Positions 29,009 to 39,658 of a stretch of 64,000 bases of DNA are shown one piece after another. Source of the stretch: Candidatus Omnitrophota bacterium. Its GTDB lineage: Bacteria; Omnitrophota; Gorgyraeia; Gygaellales; Profunditerraquicolaceae. The notes under the pieces were generated by a model. It was not told where the DNA came from. It was given only the letters and a program-made list of their open reading frames with translations, and did not search any database. Location: the NCBI GenBank assembly GCA_022710715.1, contig JAKLGJ010000001.1, positions 298,041-362,040 on the forward strand, in the 5' to 3' direction. Within the stretch, counting starts at the first letter, position 1. Each line of letters begins with the position of its first letter. The translations under genes and the position numbers were made by a program.

Positions 29009-29761
29009 GGGGACGTTCCCCAAGGTACCACCCTTGAGCAAAGCGACAAAAATGTATGTTAGATTCCCGCTCTTCAAGCGTCTATTAAGTTAAAAAGGAG
29101 GGCGGTATGCCTAGAGGTCCCAGATTTCTGATGGATGACGGGTATTATCACATTGTAACGCGAGGAAATAACAAAAAGTTGCTGTTTATCGATGAATTCG
29201 ATTATGAAATGATGAAAAAAACTATCGCCAGATATTTAGAAAAGTTTAACATTGGCCTCGTGCATTACTGTTTGATGCCTAATCATCTTCATTGGGTGGT
29301 GCAAACATGGACAGCCCGAGATCTGCCGAAATTCATGCAGGGCGTATTGCAGGTGTATGCCGCATATTTCAAAGATAAATACAGCGCAGTCGGTTATTTG
29401 TTCCAGAATCGCTATAAAAGTTTGTTTATTGATAAAGAAAGTTACCTTTTGGAATGTGCGCGGTACATCGAAAGGAATCCTCTAAGGGCGAAATTGGTAA
29501 ATGACCTTCGCGAATATAAATACAGCAGTTTTCATTATTATGCCCTGGCGCAACCGGACGAATTGCTTAATAAAATCAATCCTTTATACAAGGATTTCGG
29601 GAGTAATCCGGTTGCACGTCAAGCTGCGTATTTGAAGTATGTGCTTCAAGAACGGCCGTACGATCAGATTGTTGATGATGTGTTCAGGATCAGGTGAATG
29701 TATAGTGCAGTTGCGATGAATATTGAAAAATTTCAGGGGTGGTACCTCGGGGAACGTCCCC
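29009..29761 (+). mobile_element. REP/RAYT unit: two inverted REP copies flanking a REP-associated tyrosine transposase gene (low GC)
   Basis: REP at 29009..29033 (+) and 29736..29761 (inverted) bracket the Y1-transposase-like gene at 29107..29697. The internal DNA is markedly AT-rich relative to its surroundings. Confidence 0.75.
29107..29697 (+). CDS. REP-associated tyrosine transposase (RAYT; IS200/IS605 TnpA-like Y1 HUH enzyme)
   Basis: HUH motif HLHWVV. Catalytic Tyr region YIERNPLRAKLV. Size about 196 aa. Flanked by inverted REPs. Confidence 0.75.
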   Translation: MPRGPRFLMDDGYYHIVTRGNNKKLLFIDEFDYEMMKKTIARYLEKFNIGLVHYCLMPNHLHWVVQTWTARDLPKFMQGVLQVYAAYFKDKYSAVGYLFQNRYKSLFIDKESYLLECARYIERNPLRAKLVNDLREYKYSSFHYYALAQPDELLNKINPLYKDFGSNPVARQAAYLKYVLQERPYDQIVDDVFRIR

Positions 29762-29884
29762 GATTTTTTTCTTGACAAAAAAATCTATTTAGGTTAAAAT
29801 GTGCCTCTATATTAGTAGTTAACCACAAGCATAACCTTCTGTAAATTATTCCGTTACAACAACTTGTAGAAAAGGAGCTTTTTT

Positions 29885-31045
29885 ATGGCAGAGTGGATAG
29901 GAATTGCACGACGCGCACGTAGATGTTATGGATTCGATGAAATTGCCCTTGTGCCCGGCTCGCAGACGGTCAATCCCCAGGAAGTGGATATGTCTTTTGA
30001 GTTCAACGGCAAGTCATTCAAGATCCCTATCATGGCAGCGGCTATGGACGGCGTGGTAGACGTGAAATTCGCGGTGGAGATGTCCAAACTTGGCGGTATC
30101 GCGGTTTTGAACCTGGACGGCATCCAGACCCGTTATGAGAATCCTGATGTGGTTCTGGAGAAGATCTCTAAGGCGTCCCCGCAGGAGTCCACCGAGCTGC
30201 TGCAGAAAATTTATGCTCAACCGATCAAAGAAAAGCTGGTGGGGAAGCGGATAAAGGAGATCAAACAGCAAAAGGGTACTGCGGTGGTCAGCTGTATCCC
30301 GGCGTCTGCCGAGCGTTTTGCCAAACTGGCAGTGCAGGCCGGTGTGGATATTTTTGTCGTGCAGTCTACGGTCACCAGCCTTAAGCATGTAACTACGCAG
30401 TATAAAGCCCTGGATCTGACCAAATTCGTGAAATCCGTGAAGGTCCCGGTGATTATAGGTAATTGCGTTACGTATGAAACTACCCTGGAATTGATGGATA
30501 CCGGGGCTGCCGGGCTGCTTGTCGGCGTAGGGCCGGGAGCTGCCTGTACTACCCGCGGCGTACTCGGGATCGGCGTGCCGCAGGTAACGACGACCGTGGA
30601 TGCGGCTGCAGCCCGCGATTTCTATCTCAAACGTACCGGCAGGTATGTTTCTATTATAACTGACGGTGGCATGAACCGCGGAGGCGATATCTGCAAGGCT
30701 TTTGCCTGCGGCGCGGACGCGGTGATGATCGGCTCCAGTTTTGCCCGGGCCATCGAAGCTCCCGGCAGAGGCTATCATTGGGGTATGGCTACTTCCAACG
30801 TTAATTTGCCGCGCGGAACGCGCATCTATGTCGGCACAACCGGTACGGTTAAAGAGATACTGTACGGGCCGGCCAAGGTGGATGACGGTTCGCAGAATCT
30901 CATGGGCGCGTTAATGACCTCGATGGGTTCATTAGGTGTGTCCAATTTAAGAGAAATGCATGACGTGGAGATCATTATCGCTCCGTCTATCCAGACCGAA
31001 GGCAAGGTTTTCCAGGTCGGGCAGCGGGTAGGAATGGGTAAATAA
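29885..31045 (+). CDS. IMP dehydrogenase/GMP reductase-family protein lacking a CBS pair (GuaB-related)
   Basis: IMPDH TIM-barrel motifs (IMAAAMDGV, GVGPGAACTTR, catalytic Cys region). Adjacent to guaA. Confidence 0.6.
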   Translation: MAEWIGIARRARRCYGFDEIALVPGSQTVNPQEVDMSFEFNGKSFKIPIMAAAMDGVVDVKFAVEMSKLGGIAVLNLDGIQTRYENPDVVLEKISKASPQESTELLQKIYAQPIKEKLVGKRIKEIKQQKGTAVVSCIPASAERFAKLAVQAGVDIFVVQSTVTSLKHVTTQYKALDLTKFVKSVKVPVIIGNCVTYETTLELMDTGAAGLLVGVGPGAACTTRGVLGIGVPQVTTTVDAAAARDFYLKRTGRYVSIITDGGMNRGGDICKAFACGADAVMIGSSFARAIEAPGRGYHWGMATSNVNLPRGTRIYVGTTGTVKEILYGPAKVDDGSQNLMGALMTSMGSLGVSNLREMHDVEIIIAPSIQTEGKVFQVGQRVGMGK

Positions 31046-32587
31046 ATGGGTAAAGAGATAGTTCTGATTCTTGATTTCGGTTCACAATATACGCAGTTGA
31101 TCGCCCGAAGAGTCAGGGAGAACAAGGTTTTCTCCCGGATCCTTCCCTATACTACTTCGGCTAAAGAGATCGCTGCCTACGCTCCCAAAGGGCTGATTCT
31201 TTCCGGTGGCCCGGCTTCTGTTGCCGAAAAGAAAGCTCCGCATCCGGATCCGGCGATCTTCAAGCTGGGTATCCCGGTGCTGGGCATCTGTTACGGCATG
31301 CAGTTAATGGCCCAGATGCTTGGCGGAAAGACCAAGCCCAGCAAAGGCCGCGAATACGGCAAGACCGAACTTTTTATAGACGATAACCGGGATCTTTTCA
31401 GCAATATCCCGGGTAATTTTACCTGCTGGTCCAGCCACGGCGATTATGTGACCAAGCTGCCGCAGGGATTCATCGTCAGCGCGCATACTTTGAGCAGTCC
31501 GATCTGCGCCATTTCGAACAAGAAAAGAAGAATGTACGGCGTGCAGTTCCATCCGGAAGTCACCCACACCGAAAAGGGCAATCAGATCATCAGCAACTTC
31601 CTGTTCCGCATCTGCGGGTGCACCGGCAGATGGAACATGCAGTCGTTCATCAAGGAAAGCATCGAGACCATCCGCAAGACCGTCGGCCCAAGCAAAGTGG
31701 TTCTGGGTTTGAGCGGCGGCGTCGATTCTTCGGTAGCCGCGCTTTTGATCCACAAGGCCATCGGCAGGAACCTGCGCTCCATTTTCGTGGATAACGGCGT
31801 CATGCGCAAGGATGAGCCGGAGCAGATCAAGAAGGTTTTTCGCGCGATGTACCATCTCAACCTGGATTACGTCGACGCTTCGAAAAAGTTTTTGACCAAG
31901 CTGAAAGGGATCACCGATCCCGAAGAGAAACGCAAGATTATCGGCAAAGTGTTCGTTGAGGTTTTCGAAGAGGAAGCCAAAGCGTTCAAAGGAGTCAAAT
32001 TCCTGGCGCAGGGAACGCTCTATCCGGATGTGATCGAATCGATTTCGCCCACCGGCGCGCCGTCAGCCAAGATCAAGAGCCATCACAATGTCGGCGGGTT
32101 GCCCGCGCAGATGAACCTGAAGCTGGTTGAGCCGTTGCGCGACCTGTTCAAGGATGAAGTGCGCGCCATCGGCAAGGAACTGAATCTGCCGGAAAGCATT
32201 ATTTACCGCCAGCCGTTCCCGGGGCCGGGTCTGGCCATCCGCATCATCGGCGAAGTCACCGAAGCGCGGCTGAAGATCCTGCGCGAAGTGGACAGCCGGG
32301 TGATCGAAGAGATCGTCAGGGCCGGTTTCTATAATCAGGTCTGGCAGTCCTTCGCGGTGCTGTTGCCGATCAAGACAGTCGGCGTCATGGGCGACGAGCG
32401 CACCTACGAGAACGTGGTGGCGTTGCGCTGCGTGACCAGCCTGGACGGAATGACTGCGGACTGGGTCAAGCTGCCTTACGAAGTCCTGGAAAAGATTTCC
32501 AATCGTATCATCAACGAGGTTAAAGGCGTTAACCGCGTGGTATACGATATTTCTTCCAAGCCTCCTGCAACCATCGAATGGGAATAA
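31046..32587 (+). CDS. guaA: GMP synthase (glutamine-hydrolysing)
   Basis: GATase1 (GICYGMQ) plus ATP-PPase (SGGVDSSV) plus the C-terminal dimerisation domain. Confidence 0.9.
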   Translation: MGKEIVLILDFGSQYTQLIARRVRENKVFSRILPYTTSAKEIAAYAPKGLILSGGPASVAEKKAPHPDPAIFKLGIPVLGICYGMQLMAQMLGGKTKPSKGREYGKTELFIDDNRDLFSNIPGNFTCWSSHGDYVTKLPQGFIVSAHTLSSPICAISNKKRRMYGVQFHPEVTHTEKGNQIISNFLFRICGCTGRWNMQSFIKESIETIRKTVGPSKVVLGLSGGVDSSVAALLIHKAIGRNLRSIFVDNGVMRKDEPEQIKKVFRAMYHLNLDYVDASKKFLTKLKGITDPEEKRKIIGKVFVEVFEEEAKAFKGVKFLAQGTLYPDVIESISPTGAPSAKIKSHHNVGGLPAQMNLKLVEPLRDLFKDEVRAIGKELNLPESIIYRQPFPGPGLAIRIIGEVTEARLKILREVDSRVIEEIVRAGFYNQVWQSFAVLLPIKTVGVMGDERTYENVVALRCVTSLDGMTADWVKLPYEVLEKISNRIINEVKGVNRVVYDISSKPPATIEWE

Positions 32588-32588
32588 A

Positions 32589-32648
32589 GGGGACGTTCCC
32601 CAAGGTACCACCCCTGGGTTCAGGGGTGGTACCTTGGGGAACGTCCCC
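32589..32648 (+). repeat. REP palindrome pair (BIME-like), same family as 8348..8407
   Basis: GGGGACGTTCCCCAAGGTACCACCCCTG, the loop GGTTC, and the reverse complement, immediately after the guaA stop. Confidence 0.8.
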
Positions 32649-32704
32649 ATCTATCAGGGAAAAAGCGCTATCATAGCGATACCGCCGGTATCCCCACTGT
32701 TTCT

Positions 32705-35700
32705 ATGCCTCACGCCGATTTCGTACATCTGCATCTGCACACCCAGTACAGCCTTCTTGACGGCGCCTGCCGCATTTCCGATCTCTTAGAAACCGCCAAA
32801 AAATACAATATGGATGCGCTGGCCATTACCGACCATGGCAACATGTTCGGGGCGTTGGAATTTTACCTCGCGGCCCAGAAAGCCGGGATCAAGCCGATCA
32901 TCGGCTGCGAAGTCTATGTCGCCCCGCGCAGTCGCACTGATCGCGAAGGCGGCATGGATGACGTCGCGCATTTGATCCTTCTGGCCAGGAATGAGACGGG
33001 TTACCAGAATCTGATGAAGCTGGTGTCCGTCGGTTACCTGGAAGGCTTCTATTACAAGCCGCGCATCGACAAAGAGATCCTGGCCCAGTATAAAGACGGA
33101 TTGATCGGCCTGTCCGCCTGTCTTAAGGGCGAGATCCCCCAGATGCTGCAGCAATTGCGCTACAACGATGCGCTCAAGGCCGCGGATACCTATCTGTCCA
33201 TATTCGGCAAAGATAACTTTTATCTGGAAGTTCAGGAGAATAATCTTCCCGAACAGAAAACGGTCAATGAGGGATTGATCAATCTCTCCAGGCAACTGGG
33301 TATTCCTCTGGTGGCTACCAACGACGTGCATTATCTGGCAAAACAGCATGCCCGGGCGCACGAAGCGTTGTTATGTATCCAGACCCAGAATACGCTGCTC
33401 GATGAGAACCGGTTCCGTTTCAAGACCCAGGAATTCTATTTCAAATCTCCGGACGAGATGAAGGCGCTCTTCAAGGAGCTTCCGGACGCTTTGCGCGCTT
33501 CGGTGGATATCGCCGCCCGTTGTAATCTGGAGCTGGAATTTTCCCGCGTTCACCTTCCCAAATACGAAGTCCCCGCCGGCAAAACCAAAGAGGAATTCAT
33601 CCGCCAGCTGTGCGAAGAAGGGTTGAAACGGCGTTACCCGGAAGCCGGATCGCTGATCAAAAAACGCCTCGATCACGAGCTCAAGACCATCCAGGACATG
33701 GGATTCGTCAATTATTTTCTCATCGTCTGGGATTTCATCCATTACGCCAAGGGGCAGCACATTCCGGTCGGCCCGGGCCGCGGATCTGCCGCGGGCAGTC
33801 TGGTTAGCTATCTTCTGGGGATCACCGACATTGATCCGCTCAAATACAATCTGCTCTTTGAACGGTTCCTTAATCCCGAGCGCATCAGCATGCCCGATAT
33901 CGATATCGATTTCTGTTACGAGCGCCGGCCGGAGGTCATCGAATACGTGACCAGGAAATACGGCAAGGAGAATGTCGCGCAGATCATCACGTTCGGGACC
34001 ATGCAGGCCCGCGCGGTAGTCCGCGATGTCGGCCGCGTCATGGGGCTGCCGTACGCGGACGTGGACCGCATCGCGAAGCTTATTCCGCCGATGGATCCGA
34101 CCAATCCCGATTACGGGCTCAAGGACGCTTTGCAGTCCGAGCCGGAATTGAGCGGCCTGTATAAGAACGATCCCCAGATTACCCAGCTGGTCGATATCGC
34201 TCTGTCTCTGGAGGGCTTGAACCGTCACGCTTCGACTCACGCCGCGGGCGTGGTCATCGCCGACAAGCCGCTGACCAATTATATGCCTTTGTTCATGACG
34301 CCGGAAGACCAGATCACGTCCGGCTACGGGATGAAGGATCTGGAGAAGATCGGCCTGCTTAAAGTTGATTTCCTGGGATTGCGCACTTTGACGGTCATCG
34401 ACCAGGCGGTAAAGCTGATCAAAGTGAACCGGGGCAAAGATATAGTGATCAACAGCCTTCCTCTGGACGATCCGGCGACCTACGACCTGCTGCGCTGCGC
34501 GCATTCCTTCGGAGTATTCCAGCTGGAATCTTCGGGTATGCGCGATCTCCTGCGTAAACTCGACGCCGAGCGTTTTGAGGATCTTATCGCGCTTCTGGCG
34601 TTGTACCGGCCGGGTCCCATGGGTTCGGGTATGCTTGACGATTTCATCAAGCGCAAGAAAGGGCTGGTGCCGATCAAATACGACCATCAACTGCTCGAGC
34701 CGATCCTCAAGGATACGTACGGAATTATGCTTTACCAGGAGCAGATCATGTTCATCGCGTCGCTCCTGGCGGGTTTCAGCCTGGCACAGGCGGATCTGTT
34801 GCGTCGGGCGATGAGCAAGAAAATCCCGGAAGTCATGGAACAGCAGCGCAAGACGTTTGTCTCCGGCTGCCAGAAGAACGGGGTTAAGGAGAGTATCGCC
34901 AATAAAATATTCGATCAGATCGTTTACTTCTCCGGTTACGGTTTTAACCGCAGCCATAGCGCGGCGTACGCGCTGGTTTCTTACCAGACCGCTTATCTGA
35001 AGGCCAATTTCCCGGTTGAATTCATGACCGCGCTGTTGACTTCCGAACGCGACAATACCGATAAGATCGTCGAATATGTTAACGAAGCGGAACGGATGAA
35101 AATCCGGGTTTTGCCTCCCGATATCAACGAGTCCGACGCGTATTTCAAGATCGAGAACACCGGAGATATCCGTTTCGGGTTGCTGGCTATCAAGAATGTG
35201 GGAAGGGGAGCGGTGGAATCGATAGTCAGGTCCCGCACCGAGGTCGGCAGGTTCGCGTCCCTGGAAGATTTATGCTCCCGGATCGACTTGCGGCTGGTGA
35301 ACCGTAAAGTGCTTGAGTCTCTGGTTAAATGCGGGGCGATGGATTCGTTCAAACAGCACCGTTCGCAGATGTTCTCTTCGCTGGAAGCGGTTCTGGAAAG
35401 CGCTTCACGCACGCAGAAAGAGAAAGCTACGGGCCAATTGTCTTTTTTCGACCAGGTCAGCGAGTTGAATGGTTTTCAGACCAGAACGACGCCGTTAGAG
35501 GAGATCAAGGAATGGCCGGAACCGCAGTTACTGGCGTTTGAGAAAGATCTCCTGGGTTTTTATATCTCCGGTCATCCGCTGGCCAGGTACGCCCGGCAAT
35601 TGAAACGTTTTTCCTCTTCCGAAATCAATCTGTTGCCTACGCATAAAGACGAGGATATGGTTAAGATCGTGGCCATGATCACCACGGTTAAGAATACCGT

Positions 35701-36148
35701 GACCCGGAAGAAACAGGAAAAAATGGCGATTTTGAAAGTGGAAGATCTGGAGGGCGTGGTGGAAGTGCTGGTTTTTCCCTCGGCATATCAGAAAATCTCC
35801 CGGTACATCCAGGTTAATAACGTGGTTTTGATCCGGGGCAAGCTGGATCTCAAGGAAAATACCCCGAAAATCATCGCCAACGATCTTTTTCCCATCGATG
35901 AAGTATCGAAATTAATCACTTCCGTGGGGGTAGAACTAGCCGGGATCCGCGAGCACGTCTTTGGCAGCCTTAAAGAACTGCTCGCTAAATCTCCGGGTTC
36001 GGTCCCGGTATATCTCCATCTGGATACTCCCGCTCGTTCAAAAGTCCAAGTGCTTGTCGGGCAGGAACTTTTCGTAACTCCCACCGATGAATTGATCACT
36101 GACATCGAAAATCTGCTCGGTTCCGAGCGCGTCTCCCTCAAACTCTAG
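32705..36148 (+). CDS. dnaE: DNA polymerase III alpha subunit
   Basis: PHP N-terminus (FVHLHLHTQYSLLDG) and colinear DnaE motifs across 1147 aa. Confidence 0.9.
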   Translation: MPHADFVHLHLHTQYSLLDGACRISDLLETAKKYNMDALAITDHGNMFGALEFYLAAQKAGIKPIIGCEVYVAPRSRTDREGGMDDVAHLILLARNETGYQNLMKLVSVGYLEGFYYKPRIDKEILAQYKDGLIGLSACLKGEIPQMLQQLRYNDALKAADTYLSIFGKDNFYLEVQENNLPEQKTVNEGLINLSRQLGIPLVATNDVHYLAKQHARAHEALLCIQTQNTLLDENRFRFKTQEFYFKSPDEMKALFKELPDALRASVDIAARCNLELEFSRVHLPKYEVPAGKTKEEFIRQLCEEGLKRRYPEAGSLIKKRLDHELKTIQDMGFVNYFLIVWDFIHYAKGQHIPVGPGRGSAAGSLVSYLLGITDIDPLKYNLLFERFLNPERISMPDIDIDFCYERRPEVIEYVTRKYGKENVAQIITFGTMQARAVVRDVGRVMGLPYADVDRIAKLIPPMDPTNPDYGLKDALQSEPELSGLYKNDPQITQLVDIALSLEGLNRHASTHAAGVVIADKPLTNYMPLFMTPEDQITSGYGMKDLEKIGLLKVDFLGLRTLTVIDQAVKLIKVNRGKDIVINSLPLDDPATYDLLRCAHSFGVFQLESSGMRDLLRKLDAERFEDLIALLALYRPGPMGSGMLDDFIKRKKGLVPIKYDHQLLEPILKDTYGIMLYQEQIMFIASLLAGFSLAQADLLRRAMSKKIPEVMEQQRKTFVSGCQKNGVKESIANKIFDQIVYFSGYGFNRSHSAAYALVSYQTAYLKANFPVEFMTALLTSERDNTDKIVEYVNEAERMKIRVLPPDINESDAYFKIENTGDIRFGLLAIKNVGRGAVESIVRSRTEVGRFASLEDLCSRIDLRLVNRKVLESLVKCGAMDSFKQHRSQMFSSLEAVLESASRTQKEKATGQLSFFDQVSELNGFQTRTTPLEEIKEWPEPQLLAFEKDLLGFYISGHPLARYARQLKRFSSSEINLLPTHKDEDMVKIVAMITTVKNTVTRKKQEKMAILKVEDLEGVVEVLVFPSAYQKISRYIQVNNVVLIRGKLDLKENTPKIIANDLFPIDEVSKLITSVGVELAGIREHVFGSLKELLAKSPGSVPVYLHLDTPARSKVQVLVGQELFVTPTDELITDIENLLGSERVSLKL

Positions 36149-36473
36149 GGGACAACTTTAGGGGACAGGTCCACCCAAAACACCTCGACGGAGAAAATCG
36201 ACAGATGTGTCCCCTTTGCAAAATGCTGTGTCCCCTTTTTACCTTAATCCTGCATATGAGCGCACCCGGCAGCTTTGTTCGCTCAGTAGAATTTTTCCCT
36301 TCGGGTCGTCCTTGCGTTTGTATAAACGCCAGGACAAAATTCTAAATTCGCTCACCAAGCCGCCGGATACGCTCATATGCACAATAAATACTAAAGGGGA
36401 CACAGGAAATTCTGAAGGGGACACATCTGTCCGTTTTTATCGACGGAGGCTTTTGGGTGGACCTGTCCCCTTT
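36148..36473 (+). repeat. Composite palindromic element made of GGGGACA-family copy B, a 12-nt IR (TGCATATGAGCG), a ~110-nt core, the matching IR, and an inverted GGGGACA-family copy C
   Basis: Copies at 36148..36240 (+) and 36397..36473 (inverted). IR at 36251-36262 and 36370-36381. The core carries a CCCTTCGGG hairpin. Confidence 0.6.
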
Positions 36474-36638
36474 GACTTTAAGTGCTTAGAAAATCGCGGG
36501 ATACGAATTTTAGTTGACCGCGCGGCAGTTTTATGCTATTATTAGAATAATTACGTAACTTCCTATTTGTGTTATACTTGCAACGAAATTTCAACTCGGA
36601 AGAAATTTATTCACAACTTTTTAGCTGGAGGTGCCTCA

Positions 36639-36911
36639 ATGACAAAGAAGGATATCATCCTCAAAGTCGCTGACGAGACCGGCCTCAAGCAGACCGACGT
36701 CAAACAGGTGGTGCAGAAAACGTTTGATTATATGGTCGAAGCTTTGGTCCGCGGCGAAAAAATCGAATTACGCAACTTTGGCGTGTTCAAGATCAAAGAG
36801 CGTAAAAGCCGCACCGGACGCAACCCTCGTACCGGCCAGGTGGTTCCTGTCCCGCCGAGAAAAGTCGTCATCTTCAAGCCCGGACTTGAGATGAAGCATC
36901 AGGTAAAATAG
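36639..36911 (+). CDS. hup: HU/IHF-family DNA-binding protein
   Basis: MTKKDIILKVADETGL...RNFGVFKIKERKSRTGRNPRTGQVV. Confidence 0.8.
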   Translation: MTKKDIILKVADETGLKQTDVKQVVQKTFDYMVEALVRGEKIELRNFGVFKIKERKSRTGRNPRTGQVVPVPPRKVVIFKPGLEMKHQVK

Positions 36912-36917
36912 AACCCT

Positions 36918-38198
36918 ATGTTCAAAAGAGTTCCTGGGACTAAAGATATCCTGCCCGGAGAAGTCGAAGCCTGGCAGAAACTGGAAACTCTAAGCCGAAA
37001 CATCTTCTCAACGCATAATTACCGCGAGATACGCCCGCCGTTAATCGAAGACGCAAGCCTGTTTAACCGTTCCCTAGGCGAATCGACCGAGATTGTTCAA
37101 AAACAGATGTTTTTGATCAAAAAAGAAGAAGATGTATATGCTCTGCGGCCGGAGGGCACGGCTTCTATTGTGCGCGCCTATATCGAAAACAACCTGGATA
37201 AGACCCATGGTTTCGTCAAATTATTTTATATGGGGCCGATGTTCAGGATGGAACGGCCGCAAAAGGGGCGTCTGCGCCAGTTTCATCATATCGGCTGTGA
37301 AGCGCTGGGTTCGGTAGAGCCGGATCTGGATATAGAAATGATCTCTCTGGCGGATAGCCTGCTTAAAGCTTATGCCATCGGCGGTTATACCATAGTGATC
37401 AACAGTCTGGGCTGCGCTGAAGACAAACTCGCGCTTAATCGGATGCTGCAGGAAAAATTAAGCAGCCGGACCGGAGAGCTCTGCGAAGATTGCAAGGTCC
37501 GTTTCCAGCGCAATATCTTACGTATTCTTGATTGCAAGCACGAACAGTGCCGCGCCATCGTCAATTCCCTGGATATCCGGGATAAATACCTCTGTGAAGC
37601 ATGTAAAGCGCATTTCACCTATGTGCGGGAAGGCCTTGATCTGTTGGGAGTGGCCTGCGAAGTATCTCCGCATCTGGTGCGCGGGCTGGATTATTACACG
37701 CGCACGGTCTTTGAGATCAAACACGGCCAATTAGGTCCGCAGCAGGACGCTTTAGGCGCCGGCGGCAGATATGATACTTTGGTAAAACAGCTGGGAGGAC
37801 CGGATACCGGCGCCATCGGTTTCGCTTTCGGAGTGGAACGGCTGCTCCTGGCGGCGCAGGCCGCAGATGGGGCTGAAAGCCGGCAACCTGCGGGCGGGAA
37901 CCTGGTCTATCTGATTGCGCTTGGGGCAGTAGCCCGCAAGCAAGGGATGAATATCCTGGCCAATCTGCGTTCTTCAGGCATCGCCGCGGATACCGACTAC
38001 GAAGCCAAATCGCTTAAAGCCGCGATGCGCAAGGCCAATGATTTAAACGCCCGCTGGGTAGTGCTCCTGGGCGACAACGAATTGCAGGAAAAGGTGGCTG
38101 CGGTCAAGGATATGCGCAACAGCACGCAGGAGAAAGTCAACCTATCCGGACTTTCCGGCTATTTCAAAGGGAAAATAAACGAAGCCGGGACCGTTTAA
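36918..38198 (+). CDS. hisS: Histidine--tRNA ligase
   Basis: Class II motifs plus an anticodon-binding C-terminus. Confidence 0.85.
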   Translation: MFKRVPGTKDILPGEVEAWQKLETLSRNIFSTHNYREIRPPLIEDASLFNRSLGESTEIVQKQMFLIKKEEDVYALRPEGTASIVRAYIENNLDKTHGFVKLFYMGPMFRMERPQKGRLRQFHHIGCEALGSVEPDLDIEMISLADSLLKAYAIGGYTIVINSLGCAEDKLALNRMLQEKLSSRTGELCEDCKVRFQRNILRILDCKHEQCRAIVNSLDIRDKYLCEACKAHFTYVREGLDLLGVACEVSPHLVRGLDYYTRTVFEIKHGQLGPQQDALGAGGRYDTLVKQLGGPDTGAIGFAFGVERLLLAAQAADGAESRQPAGGNLVYLIALGAVARKQGMNILANLRSSGIAADTDYEAKSLKAAMRKANDLNARWVVLLGDNELQEKVAAVKDMRNSTQEKVNLSGLSGYFKGKINEAGTV

Positions 38199-38238
38199 CA
38201 AACTCATCGAACTTTTCCAGAAACCAAGAAGGAGAATT

Positions 38239-39627
38239 ATGTTACGGACGCATACATGCGGGCAGCTTACCGCTGCCGACGTGGGTAAGGAGGTTGTGCT
38301 CTGCGGTTGGGTGCACAGCCGCAGGGATCACGGCAAACTCATTTTCATCGATCTGCGCGACCGCTACGGTCTGACGCAGGTAACGTTCATTCCCCGCGAC
38401 CTGGGGGAGGATTACCAGAAAGCCAAGGAGATCCGCAGCGAATTCGTGCTCAAAGTGACGGGTAAAGTCAATCCCCGGCCGCAAGGCACGGTTAATCCCA
38501 AACTGCCCACGGGCGCGGTTGAATTGATCGCAACCTCGCTGGAGATCCTCAATACCAGCTTGACCCCGCCGTTCGAAGTTTCCGCGGATAACCTGGATGT
38601 CACCGAAGAGATGCGTTTGAAATACCGCTACCTTGACCTGCGCCGCAGGAGCGTGTTCGAGAATTTCGTCCTGCGCCATAAACTGTATTCGGTGATCCGG
38701 AATTTTCTTAACGGGCGCGATTTTATCGAATGCGAAACGCCGATCCTGACCAAGTCCACGCCCGAGGGCGCGCGGGATTATCTGGTTCCGTCGCGGCTTA
38801 ACCCCGGCGAGTTCTATGCGCTGCCGCAATCACCGCAGCTGTTTAAGCAGATATTGATGGTGTCGGGGATCGAAAAATACTACCAGATCGCCAAATGCTT
38901 CCGCGACGAGGACCTGCGCGCCGACCGTCAGCCGGAGTTCACCCAGCTCGACCTGGAGATGTCTTTCATCAACGAAGAAGATATCTACGCGGTTTTCGAA
39001 CAGATGATGCAGCTCATTTTCAAGGAACTCAAAGGCATTGAGCTGAAGATCCCCTTTCCGCGCGTGACCTATGCCGAAGCGATGGCTAAACATAACAGCG
39101 ATAAGCCGGATATGCGCAAGGAATGGAATACCGAATTCGCATTTTTGTGGGTTGTGGATTTCCCGTTATTCAAGTATAATAATGAGGAGAAGCGCTGGGA
39201 GAGCGAACATCATCCGTTCACCAACGTGCATCCTGACGATATCGCGCTTATGGATACCGACCTGGGCAAAGTCAGGTCGCGTTCCTACGACCTGGTGCTC
39301 AACGGCACCGAGATCGGCTCCGGTTCGATCAGAATTCACGATCAGAAACTGCAGCGGCGCATCTTCGAGATCATCGGAATTCAGCCTGAAGAGGCGCAGA
39401 AGCGTTTCGGATTTTTGCTGGAAGCGTTTCAGTTCGGCGCTCCGCCGCACGGCGGTTTTGCTTTCGGCATCGACCGGCTGCTGGCGATCATCGCCGGGCA
39501 GGCCAGTATCCGCGAGGTGATCGGTTTTCCCAAGACGCAGAAAGCATTTTGTCCGATGACCAGCGCTCCGTCGGAAGTCGACGCGAAACAGCTGGCTGAA
39601 CTGCATATTGCCGTCAAAAAGAAATAA
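38239..39627 (+). CDS. aspS: Aspartate--tRNA ligase, short form (462 aa, lacking the bacterial GAD insertion), possibly non-discriminating
   Basis: OB-fold N-terminus (LRTHTCGQL...GWVHSRRDHGKLIFIDLRD) plus the class II core. Confidence 0.8.
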   Translation: MLRTHTCGQLTAADVGKEVVLCGWVHSRRDHGKLIFIDLRDRYGLTQVTFIPRDLGEDYQKAKEIRSEFVLKVTGKVNPRPQGTVNPKLPTGAVELIATSLEILNTSLTPPFEVSADNLDVTEEMRLKYRYLDLRRRSVFENFVLRHKLYSVIRNFLNGRDFIECETPILTKSTPEGARDYLVPSRLNPGEFYALPQSPQLFKQILMVSGIEKYYQIAKCFRDEDLRADRQPEFTQLDLEMSFINEEDIYAVFEQMMQLIFKELKGIELKIPFPRVTYAEAMAKHNSDKPDMRKEWNTEFAFLWVVDFPLFKYNNEEKRWESEHHPFTNVHPDDIALMDTDLGKVRSRSYDLVLNGTEIGSGSIRIHDQKLQRRIFEIIGIQPEEAQKRFGFLLEAFQFGAPPHGGFAFGIDRLLAIIAGQASIREVIGFPKTQKAFCPMTSAPSEVDAKQLAELHIAVKKK

Positions 39628-39658
39628 CGCCTAGAATACCTTTAACAGGAGGATCGCG

